A DNA stretch of 42,927 bases, taken from Gammaproteobacteria bacterium. GTDB lineage: Bacteria > Pseudomonadota > Gammaproteobacteria > Burkholderiales > SG8-39. A program made the translations under genes and the position numbers. The notes beneath the pieces were generated by a model that searched no databases, was not told the DNA's origin, and was given only the letters and a program-made list of their open reading frames with translations. The stretch is from contig JBGPYQ010000003.1 of NCBI GenBank assembly GCA_041493345.1, forward strand, positions 1-42,927, in the 5' to 3' direction. Positions 21,087 through 30,088 of this stretch are shown piece by piece; position 1 is the stretch's first letter; every line of letters starts with the position of its first letter.

Positions 21087-21116
21087 ATCATGAAGTCGCA
21101 GGGCAAGCCAAGTCAA
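21087..21116 (-). promoter_or_regulatory. Putative sigma-70 promoter of the small membrane protein gene (copy 2 of the 30-bp repeat)
   Basis: Minus strand TTGACT-N18-CATGAT, about 85 bp upstream of ATG 21001. Confidence 0.55.
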
Positions 21117-21401
21117 TCGGGCGTATCGGGCAGAGTTCGTGGAAAGTACGGAGGCAGTGCCCTGCGGCCACGGCTACAATGGCGCTCCATGCATGCTTGC
21201 CATGCCGCATTATCTGGCTCCGGGCTGTGCCCGCCAGAGCGCATGAGCGGAGAGCGCAGAGGCGAACCAAGAGTAAGCCCCCTGCGTTTACGGGGGGAGC
21301 CGTAAGCCTCGTGGGGCGGCAAATGCCGGTCTTGAAGTCTGGGGTGCAAAGGGGGCAGAGCACCCTTTTCCAATAAACTATCAAGGAAAGGAAGCGGAAG
21401 C

Positions 21402-22682
<1,281 letters not shown>

Positions 22683-22683
22683 C

Positions 22684-22778
22684 AGCACATCGCTGTGGAC
22701 GCTGCTGAGTTTGAGTCGTTCCTGCGCAACGTGATGGGCGCGCGCTCCACGAGCGAAGCGCGGGCGGTAGCCGATTGA
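22684..22778 (+). pseudogene. 3' remnant of XrtA-system asparagine synthase-like amidotransferase
   Basis: Reads STSLWTLL[1-nt deletion]FESFLRNVMGARSTSEARAVAD*, matching the LWxLLMFExFLR C-terminus of AsnB-like amidotransferases. Confidence 0.65.
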
Positions 22779-22788
22779 GACACGCTCC

Positions 22789-24003
22789 ATGCGCGTCATT
22801 CATATTCTCGATCACTCGATCCCGACGCAAAGCGGCTACGCTTTCCGCACGCAGGCGATCCTCAAGGAGCAGCGCGCTCTGGGCTGGGAGACGTTCCATC
22901 TGACCGGCCCGAAGCAGGGGCCGGCCGCGACGACCGAAGAGTGGGTGAACGGCTGGCATTTCTATCGCACGCCTCCTCCCGGCGGGATCCTCGAAGGCGT
23001 CCCGGGGCTTTCGGAACTCGAGCTGATGGGCGAAATCGCCTTCCGCATCGAGCAGGTGGCCCGGCGCGTGCGGCCCCATCTCCTGCACGCCCACTCCCCG
23101 GTCTTGAACGCGATTCCCGCACTGCGAGTGGGGCGGCGGCTCGGCATCCCGGTGGTCTACGAAGTAAGAGTACTCTGGGAGGACACGGCGGTGGACCACG
23201 GTACTCAGGAGGGAGGCTTGCGTTACCGCCTGAGGCGGGGACTGGAAACCTGGGCCCTCAGGCGCGCCGATGCCGTCACCACCATCTGCGACCCGCTGCG
23301 GGATGACATTGTTTCCCGCGGCATCCTGGCCGACAAAGTGACGGTTGTTCCCAACGCGGTGGACGTCGATGCGTTCTCCGCGGGCGGCGCGCCAGATCCT
23401 GCACTGAAGCTGCAACTCGGGCTGGACGGCGCGCAGGTGCTGGGTTTCATCGGCTCGTTCTACGCCTACGAGGGGCTCGCCATGCTGTTGCGCGCCCTGC
23501 AGCAGCTGCTGGCGCAGGACGAGCACGTGCGCGCGCTGCTGGTCGGCGGCGGCTGCCAGGAGGCGGAGCTGAAGCGACTCGCCGCCGAGTTCGGCATCGA
23601 AAATCAAGTCGTTTTCACAGGCCGCGTCCCTCACGACGAAGTGCAGCGCTACTACGACCTCATCGATGTGATCGTCTATCCGCGTCTGTCGATGAGGCTC
23701 ACCGAACTGGTCACGCCGCTGAAGCTGTTGGAAGCGATGGCGCAGGGGCGCGTGGTGATCGCCTCGGACGTCGGCGGGCATCGCGAGCTGATCCGTCACG
23801 GCGAAACCGGGACGTTGTTCAAGGCCGGCGATCCAGAGGCACTGGTATCAGCGTTGCTGGCCCTGCTACGGGACCCCGCGCGCTGGCCGGGCCTCAAGGC
23901 GGCAGCAAGGCGCTACGTCGAGACCGAGCGCAACTGGAAGGCAAGCGTGGCTCGCTACGAGAACGTTTACGCTCGCGTCATGCAACAGCCCAAGCATGCA
24001 TGA
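22789..24003 (+). CDS. GT4 glycosyltransferase, PEP-CTERM/exosortase A-associated (TIGR04063-like)
   Basis: MRVIHILDHSIP, LHAHSPVLNA, GFIGSFYAYEGL, MRLTELVTPLKLLEAMA, SDVGGHRE. Confidence 0.92.
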   Translation: MRVIHILDHSIPTQSGYAFRTQAILKEQRALGWETFHLTGPKQGPAATTEEWVNGWHFYRTPPPGGILEGVPGLSELELMGEIAFRIEQVARRVRPHLLHAHSPVLNAIPALRVGRRLGIPVVYEVRVLWEDTAVDHGTQEGGLRYRLRRGLETWALRRADAVTTICDPLRDDIVSRGILADKVTVVPNAVDVDAFSAGGAPDPALKLQLGLDGAQVLGFIGSFYAYEGLAMLLRALQQLLAQDEHVRALLVGGGCQEAELKRLAAEFGIENQVVFTGRVPHDEVQRYYDLIDVIVYPRLSMRLTELVTPLKLLEAMAQGRVVIASDVGGHRELIRHGETGTLFKAGDPEALVSALLALLRDPARWPGLKAAARRYVETERNWKASVARYENVYARVMQQPKHA

Positions 24004-24101
24004 AGATAATCACGTTCAGCACGCTCTATCCCAATGCCGCGCGCCCGGGCTACGGCATATTGCGCGCTCTGATTGTTGCAATGGTTTGGCTTGCGCCGTG
24101 A
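24000..24101 (+). pseudogene. 5' remnant of a second GT4 glycosyltransferase
   Basis: ATGA-coupled to the upstream stop; MKIITFSTLYPNAARPGYGI resembles GT4 (TuaC-like) N-termini; similarity lost after about 20 codons, stop after 33. Confidence 0.65.
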
Positions 24102-24607
24102 AGGACACGAACTTCAGCCGCCTCGCACCCGAGGCATCGCCCGAGCCACCAGAGTTAGAAGTAGTGATCGAAGTTCCACGCGGCAGCTTTCTGAAGCGCG
24201 GGTCCACCGGCCGCGTCGACTTCATCTCGCCCCTGCCGTGCCCGTTCAATTATGGTTCGGTGCCGGCTTACCTGGGGCTTGAAGGCGATCTCCTGGACGC
24301 GCTCGTGCTCGGGCCGCGCCTGCCGTTCGGAACCCGCATACGGGTCAAGGCGTGGGGCGCCGTAACGTTGACGGACCGCGGCATGACGGACGACAAGCTC
24401 GTCTGCAGCCACCAGCCCCTCACGCCGCCGGAGCGCCGCAACGTGCTGCGGTTTTTCCACTTCTATGCGAAGTGCAAGGGACTGCTTAATTTCTGGCGCC
24501 GCCGCCCGGGGCGCAACGCATGCGATGGCTGGTGCGGAGCCGCCCACGCCCTCGCCCGCGCCCGGCTGCGGGACGACGCGTGGCGGGGGCCGGCGGTCGA
24601 GTTCTGA
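24098..24607 (+). CDS. Short family I inorganic pyrophosphatase-like protein
   Basis: VVIEVPRGS, PFNYG, EGDLLDALVL, DRGMTDDKL, FFHFY. GTG 24098 preferred because the 23996 extension overlaps the GT4 remnant. Confidence 0.8.
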   Translation: MKDTNFSRLAPEASPEPPELEVVIEVPRGSFLKRGSTGRVDFISPLPCPFNYGSVPAYLGLEGDLLDALVLGPRLPFGTRIRVKAWGAVTLTDRGMTDDKLVCSHQPLTPPERRNVLRFFHFYAKCKGLLNFWRRRPGRNACDGWCGAAHALARARLRDDAWRGPAVEF

Positions 24608-24715
24608 TCACTCCATCCTGATCTTCGCCTCGCGCACGATGATCGATCCGATAAAGAAAGCCGCCTGGATCTTTTTAAACACCTATTGACAACACCTCCG
24701 TCCGACTCGCCCAAC

Positions 24716-24732
24716 TGTCGGTTTTTTTTACA
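24716..24732 (+). promoter_or_regulatory. Putative PrsR enhancer box (TGT-N11-ACA), copy 1
   Basis: TGTCGGTTTTTTTTACA; same motif at 24881 and 33194, all upstream of PEP-CTERM genes. Confidence 0.65.
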
Positions 24733-24880
24733 CTACTATTCTCCGCGGAGATCGCGTGCGCTTGATGTCGACGGGGGCTGCACTATGGGTCGCCGACGCA
24801 GCTGATTGATTTTACTGGACTAAACAAACGGGCTTCTCTGCCTGGCGGCCGGTGGTAGCGGTCGGGATGCGTACTCGCCG

Positions 24881-24897
24881 TGTCGGAATTTTTTACA
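24881..24897 (+). promoter_or_regulatory. Putative PrsR enhancer box (TGT-N11-ACA), copy 2
   Basis: TGTCGGAATTTTTTACA, 63 bp upstream of a sigma-54 -24 GG. Confidence 0.7.
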
Positions 24898-24959
24898 GTC
24901 ACTGGCGTGAGTTGACCGTCCCCTCCTACATGCCGTTGATAATAAAGTCTATATTCATA

Positions 24960-24975
24960 GGGCATGGTTTATGCT
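24960..24975 (+). promoter_or_regulatory. Sigma-54 promoter of the ice-binding PEP-CTERM gene
   Basis: GGGCATGGTTTATGCT: GG-N10-GC spacing; IHF-like CATGCCGTTGATA at 24929-24941. Confidence 0.7.
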
Positions 24976-25065
24976 CGATAGCGATAGGAACTATAAGGAA
25001 CTGGCATCCCAGACAATCACGTAGGGGGTGCCGATATGACGCGGTCACACGTTAGGAGAATGAAA

Positions 25066-25938
25066 ATGAACGCTATGAAATTGGCAATACCGTTGTTTGT
25101 CGCAGCACTTGCTTACGGTCCCTCCCAGGGATTGGCGGTGCCAATACTGGGTGCGGATTTGGCGAGCTTTGCGGTCTTGGGCTCCGCGACGGTGACCAAT
25201 GTCCCCACGAGCACCATCGTCGGAAATGTGGGTGTCAGCCCAGGTACCTCGATCACTGGCTTTAACTCCGTATCAGGCCTTGCGACCGCGGACCCGCAGG
25301 TGACAGGAGGACTGGTACAGTCAAACACTGCGCTCGCGGCGTCGGCTCAGGGTCAACTCACCACTGCGAGAGGTACTCTTACATCTCTGGGGGCAGGTAT
25401 CACACTCGGTGCGGACCTGGCTGGACTCACGCTCACTCCGGGCATCTATACGGTTGCAGCGGGGACTACTAATTTGTCGGGAACCCTCACGCTCAACGGC
25501 CTGGGCAACGCCAATGCGTTGTGGGTTTTCCAGATGCCGAGCACGCTCATCACCTCGTCTGGCTCGGTCGTTAACGTGATCAATACAGGTGCGGGCGCCG
25601 GGGTGTTCTGGAATGTCGGCAGCTCCGCGACCCTCGGTTCAACCACTTCGTTCGAAGGAAACATTCTCGCGCTCGCGAGCATCAGCTTGGTCACCGGCGC
25701 AAAAATTGGTTGCGGTAGAGCCCTGGCGGATGTTGGCTCAGTGACCTTGCAACAGAACACCATCTCCATCGGCTGCGCGGGTACCGGGGAGGAGGGCAGC
25801 AACGGCTTGAGCGGCGGCGGCATAGACGTTGTTGGCGGCGTCGCCAGGGTCGTTCCCGAGCCGGGCACCCTGGTGCTTTTCGGCTTCGGGCTGGCGGGGT
25901 TGTTTGTCTCCAGAAAAAAGTTATTTCCCGTCGCTTGA
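25066..25938 (+). CDS. DUF3494 ice-binding-like protein with signal peptide and PEP-CTERM sorting signal
   Basis: FAVLGSATVTN...GNVGVSPGTSITGF, DLAGLTLTPGIY, WVFQMPSTLITSSGS, VFWNVGSSATLG..FEGNILALASI, GRALA..VTL; C-terminal VPEPGTLVLFGFGLAGLFVSRKK; AGGAG RBS before ATG 25066. Confidence 0.92.
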   Translation: MNAMKLAIPLFVAALAYGPSQGLAVPILGADLASFAVLGSATVTNVPTSTIVGNVGVSPGTSITGFNSVSGLATADPQVTGGLVQSNTALAASAQGQLTTARGTLTSLGAGITLGADLAGLTLTPGIYTVAAGTTNLSGTLTLNGLGNANALWVFQMPSTLITSSGSVVNVINTGAGAGVFWNVGSSATLGSTTSFEGNILALASISLVTGAKIGCGRALADVGSVTLQQNTISIGCAGTGEEGSNGLSGGGIDVVGGVARVVPEPGTLVLFGFGLAGLFVSRKKLFPVA

Positions 25939-25953
25939 CGGCTTGACGGCTTT

Positions 25954-25982
25954 GCGCGGCCACCCAGTGCGGGTGGCCGCGC
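25954..25982 (+). terminator. Strong hairpin downstream of the ice-binding gene
   Basis: Perfect 12-bp stem gcgcggccaccc-agtgc-gggtggccgcgc; U-tract weak. Confidence 0.6.
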
Positions 25983-26063
25983 GCTACGTTTCCGGCGGGC
26001 GCGGCCTGTCCTGAAACGGGGAAAGTCCTGCTTTAGTTTGACTTCGCAATACGGGCGCTCGCG

Positions 26064-26342
26064 GACTGCCGGCGCGCCTGCGCAGGGGTGGACCTCGTGC
26101 TCCATCACGCGACCCTGGGCTCCGTGCCCGCTCGATCGAAGATCCTCTGGCGTGTCATGAAGACGTCTTCGCTCGCTGCTGCGGTATGACCTCGATCGGC
26201 CTGAGGTACTTCACATCTTTGGGCCCGCCAGGATCCCGTGGGCGCTTACGCGGCTGTCATTCCGAAGTGGATCGTCCTGTTCATCGGCAGCGAGCCGGTG
26301 TACATAAACGGTGACGGGGAAACCAGCCGCGACTTCTGTTAC
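26064..26342 (+). pseudogene. Deleted and frameshifted WbpP/TviC-like UDP-HexNAc(A) 4-epimerase remnant
   Basis: Patches [75 protein letters not shown]; catalytic YxxxK region absent. Confidence 0.85.
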
Positions 26343-26494
26343 GATCTGACCGTGAGCGGCGCGCTGCTCCTGCTCGCCCTGCCCATCATGCTCCTCGCCG
26401 CGCTATGCATTTACCTGGAAAGCGGCCTGCCTGTGCGCGTCGGTTGACGATGCCATCGAAAACCTTCATGTTGTGGGGAAAGGGAGCCGGATAA
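26343..26494 (+). pseudogene. Remnant of the priming sugar transferase (TIGR03013-like) upstream of prsK
   Basis: [31 protein letters not shown] (start of bacterial sugar transferase domain), VDDAIE, and terminal LWGKGA* in shifted frames. Confidence 0.75.
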
Positions 26495-26528
26495 AAGCCT
26501 TTTAGCCGAGCGGGGACGGACGCAATCG

Positions 26529-28607
26529 ATGGCAATCTCGATCGGGACGGTAAGCTACGCCGCTGCTGCCATGGCGTTTCTTTTTTTATCCGTCCTTCTG
26601 GTGACGACTTGGCGCGGGCGTCTGCAGGGCATGCTGCTCGCCGTGGCCTGCCTGGGTACTGCAATGTGGGCGGGGGTGGCGGCGTATCTGGCTGCGCGAC
26701 CGAATGCGGCCATGCTTGCCGCAGAAGTCCTCGAGATCCTGCGCAGCGCCGTCTGGTTCGCTTTTTTAATGGTGCTGCTCGGCTATTCCCGGAAGGCAGT
26801 GGGGCCTTTGCGGCGGGTCGCTGTGGGCCTCGCGGTGTTTTGCGGGGTTGTCCTCGCTGCTACGCTGTACTCGGGCGTCGTATCGGCCCCGCGTCCGGAA
26901 ATCTTCGGGATACCGGGCCGCCTGGTGCTGGCGGTGATCGGCATCGTGCTGGTCGAGCAGCTTTACCGCAACGTCCAGCCGCAGCAACGGTGGGGGATTA
27001 AGTTCCTGTGCCTGGGGCTCGGCGGAATGTTCGCATACGACTTCTATCTGTACTCCGACGCCCTGTTGTTTCAGCACGTAAACGCCGACATCTGGGCCGC
27101 GCGTGGCGTCGTCAATGCCATAGTCGTTCCGCTGCTCGCCGTGGCAACTGCCCGCAACCCCAAGTGGTCGCTCGATGTCTCCGTTTCGCGCCGCATCCTG
27201 TTCCATTCCACGGCGATGCTCGGCGCCGCAGTGTACCTGCTGGCGATGGCCGCGGCCGGCTACTACATCCGCTACTTCGGCGGCAACTGGGGGGCGATGC
27301 TGCAGGTAACGTTCCTGTTCGGCGCGGTGCTGCTGCTCTTCGTGATACTGTTCTCCGGCACCCTGCGCGCCCGGCTCAAGGTTTTCCTCAGCAAGAACTT
27401 TTTCAGCTACCACTACGATTACCGCGAGGAGTGGCTGCGTTTTACCCGTACCTTGTCCAAGGGCGAACCGGGGGTCCAGCTGTATGAGCGCTCCATCCAG
27501 GCGATCGCCGAGCTGGTGGACAGTTCGGGCGGGGCGTTGTGGCTTTCCCAGGATGTGGGGGTTTTCGAGCAGGTCGCCCATTGGAACATGCCGTCTGCTA
27601 AAGGGAGAGAGCAGCGCGACAGCCCCCTTTGCCAGTTCCTGGAACGGCTCCAGTGGGTCGTCAATCTCGAGGAGTACGAGGCGCAGCCCGAGTTATACGA
27701 CGGCCTGGAGATACCCGATTGGCTGCGCTCAATTCCGCACGCGTGGCTGGTGGTGCCGCTCATACTCCACGAGCGGTTGCTGGGTTTTGTCGTGCTGGCC
27801 CGATCGAAGGGTAAAATCAATCTCGATTGGGAGGTGAACGACCTCTTGAAGACTGCAGGCAGGCAGGCGGCAAGCTACCTGGCCCAGTTGGAGGCGGCAA
27901 AGGCGCTGCTGGTGGCGCGCCAGTTCGAGTCCTTCAACCGCATGTCCGCTTTTGTGGTGCACGACTTGAAGAACCTGGTGTCGCAGCATTCCCTGCTGCT
28001 TTCGAATGCGGATAAACACAAGCACAAGCCCGCGTTCCAGGAGGACATGATCGAGACGGTTGCCCAGTCGGTGGAGAAAATGAAGCGGCTCCTGCTCCAG
28101 CTGCAGGGCGGCTACACTCTGGAGCCCCCGGCACCGGTAGCGCTCGAAGAACTGGTGCAACAGGTGGTGGCCGCGAGGTCTGGCCTCAAGCCTGCTCCCC
28201 GGCTTGAGGCTGGCGATGGCGCGGTGAGCGTGGTCGCCCACCGTGCGCGCCTTGAACGCGTGATCGGGCACCTGATCCAGAACGCCATTGAAGCCACCCC
28301 ACCCGAGGGGCATGTGGTGGTGCAGCTATTGCGGCAAAATGGATCTGCGGTCATCGCGATTGCCGATACGGGGTGCGGCATGAGCGAGCAGTTCATGCGC
28401 TACCGGCTGTTCAAGCCCTTTGAGTCAACCAAGTCAACGGGGATGGGGATCGGCACCTACGAGGCCCGGGAGTACGTACGTGAGCTCGGCGGCCGGATAG
28501 AGGTAGAGACCCGGGAGGCCCAGGGCACCCTATTCCGCGTGGTGCTGCCGCTTTATGTTCCCGAGCGCGCGCCTGAGCTGGGCGTTGCGGTGGAAGGCCA
28601 CGGGTGA
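26529..28607 (+). CDS. prsK: PEP-CTERM system histidine kinase PrsK
   Basis: N-terminal multi-TM region, FFSYHYDYREEWLRF, GAF-like region, H-box FVVHDLKN, HLIQNAIEA, DTGCGM, GMGIG. Confidence 0.96.
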   Translation: MAISIGTVSYAAAAMAFLFLSVLLVTTWRGRLQGMLLAVACLGTAMWAGVAAYLAARPNAAMLAAEVLEILRSAVWFAFLMVLLGYSRKAVGPLRRVAVGLAVFCGVVLAATLYSGVVSAPRPEIFGIPGRLVLAVIGIVLVEQLYRNVQPQQRWGIKFLCLGLGGMFAYDFYLYSDALLFQHVNADIWAARGVVNAIVVPLLAVATARNPKWSLDVSVSRRILFHSTAMLGAAVYLLAMAAAGYYIRYFGGNWGAMLQVTFLFGAVLLLFVILFSGTLRARLKVFLSKNFFSYHYDYREEWLRFTRTLSKGEPGVQLYERSIQAIAELVDSSGGALWLSQDVGVFEQVAHWNMPSAKGREQRDSPLCQFLERLQWVVNLEEYEAQPELYDGLEIPDWLRSIPHAWLVVPLILHERLLGFVVLARSKGKINLDWEVNDLLKTAGRQAASYLAQLEAAKALLVARQFESFNRMSAFVVHDLKNLVSQHSLLLSNADKHKHKPAFQEDMIETVAQSVEKMKRLLLQLQGGYTLEPPAPVALEELVQQVVAARSGLKPAPRLEAGDGAVSVVAHRARLERVIGHLIQNAIEATPPEGHVVVQLLRQNGSAVIAIADTGCGMSEQFMRYRLFKPFESTKSTGMGIGTYEAREYVRELGGRIEVETREAQGTLFRVVLPLYVPERAPELGVAVEGHG

Positions 28608-29983
28608 GGAAAGACCAGGTAATCCTGCTGATCGTCGAAGACGACCCCGGCCTGCAAAAGCAGATGCGCTGGAGCTTCGACGCCTACGAGACGCTGGTCG
28701 CCGGGGATCGCGAAAGCGCGCTGGTGCAACTACGGCGGCACGAGCCGGCAGTAGTGACCCTCGATCTGGGGCTGCCGCCGGATCCGGACGGAGCGTCCGA
28801 AGGGCTGGCCACCCTGGAGCAGATCCTGGCGCTGGTGCCCGACACCAAGGTGATCGTGGTAACCGGCAACCAGGACCGCGCCAACGCGGTGAAAGCGGTC
28901 GGGATGGGCGCCTATGACTTCTACCAGAAGCCGTTCGATCCGGAGGTACTGGGGCTCGTGGTGGAGCGGGCGTTCAGTCTGCACGCCCTGCAGCAGGAGA
29001 ACCGCCGGCTGCAGCAGTCGCAGGACTCCCCGATGCAGGGCATCCTCACGCGAGATCCGGGCATGCTCAAGATGTGCCGCAGCGTGGAGAAGGTGGCGCC
29101 CTCGGACGCCACTGTGCTGCTGCTGGGCGAGTCCGGCGCCGGCAAGGAGTTGCTGGCAAGAGCTCTGCATCGGTTAAGTCCGCGCTCGGCCAAGCGGTTC
29201 GTGGCGATCAATTGCGCGGCGATCCCCGAGAACCTGCTGGAGTCGGAACTCTTCGGCTACGAGAAGGGGGCCTTCACCGGCGCCAACAGGCAGACGCGTG
29301 GCAAGATCGAGTTTGCCGACGGTGGCACGTTCTTTCTCGATGAGGTGGGGGATCTGTCACCCGCCCTACAGGCGAAGATCCTGCGCTTTCTCCAGGAGCG
29401 GGTGGTCGAGCACATCGGCGGGCGCGAAGAGATCCCCGTCGATGTTCGCATCGTGTGCGCGACCCATCAGAATCTGAAAAAACTGATCGAAGAGGGTCGC
29501 TTCCGAGAGGACCTTTACTACCGCTTGAGCGAGATCGTGATCGCCATTCCGCCGCTCCGCGATCGGCACGGGGACGCCGCGCTCCTCGCGCACGCGTTCA
29601 TGCACAAGTTCAGCCGCGAGGAGGGGCGTTCGATCCTGGGCTTCAAGCAGGACGCTCTCCATGCCATAGAAGCCTACCCATGGCCGGGCAACGTGCGGGA
29701 AATGGAAAACTATATCAAGCGAGCGGTCATCATGACCGACGGATCCCGGATCGGCGCCGAGGATCTGGGCCTGTCGGCACCGGCAGGGGAGCCGGAGCCG
29801 GTCAGTCTACGCGAGGTGCGCGACGAGGCCGAGCGCAAGGCAATCATCAAGGCATTGAGCCGGGTCGATGGGAACATCCTGGCCGCAGCGGAACTGCTCG
29901 GGGTAAGCCGTCCCACCCTGTACGACCTGCTCGACCGCCACGGCCTCAAGCAGTCGGTTTCCATCAAGGCAGACGAGGACTGA
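28604..29983 (+). CDS. prsR: PEP-CTERM-box sigma-54-dependent response regulator PrsR
   Basis: Receiver ([14 protein letters not shown]), [21 protein letters not shown], Fis-type [12 protein letters not shown]. Confidence 0.96.
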   Translation: MRKDQVILLIVEDDPGLQKQMRWSFDAYETLVAGDRESALVQLRRHEPAVVTLDLGLPPDPDGASEGLATLEQILALVPDTKVIVVTGNQDRANAVKAVGMGAYDFYQKPFDPEVLGLVVERAFSLHALQQENRRLQQSQDSPMQGILTRDPGMLKMCRSVEKVAPSDATVLLLGESGAGKELLARALHRLSPRSAKRFVAINCAAIPENLLESELFGYEKGAFTGANRQTRGKIEFADGGTFFLDEVGDLSPALQAKILRFLQERVVEHIGGREEIPVDVRIVCATHQNLKKLIEEGRFREDLYYRLSEIVIAIPPLRDRHGDAALLAHAFMHKFSREEGRSILGFKQDALHAIEAYPWPGNVREMENYIKRAVIMTDGSRIGAEDLGLSAPAGEPEPVSLREVRDEAERKAIIKALSRVDGNILAAAELLGVSRPTLYDLLDRHGLKQSVSIKADED

Positions 29984-30088
29984 GGCGATGGCGAAGCGGG
30001 TCGGAAACGTGCCGGCCTGCGTTGAGTGGTGTGTCGCCGCGCCGGCAACTGCGTGGATGGATCGCTGTTTAAGAGGGCGGAGGATCGC

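Noticed and set aside
21318-21370. c-di-GMP-I riboswitch-like GGCAAA...GGTGCAAAG
   Set aside because: No GNRA tetraloop stem or tetraloop-receptor stem; only short word matches.
22763-22770. ops-like GGCGGTAG between the dehydrogenase and the GT
   Set aside because: Lies within codons of the amidotransferase remnant, lacks the nnTG tail and is plausible by chance at this GC content.
24610-24689. HSILIFASRTMIDPIKKAAWIFLNTY* as the possible tail of a lost gene
   Set aside because: Too short to assign to any family from sequence alone.
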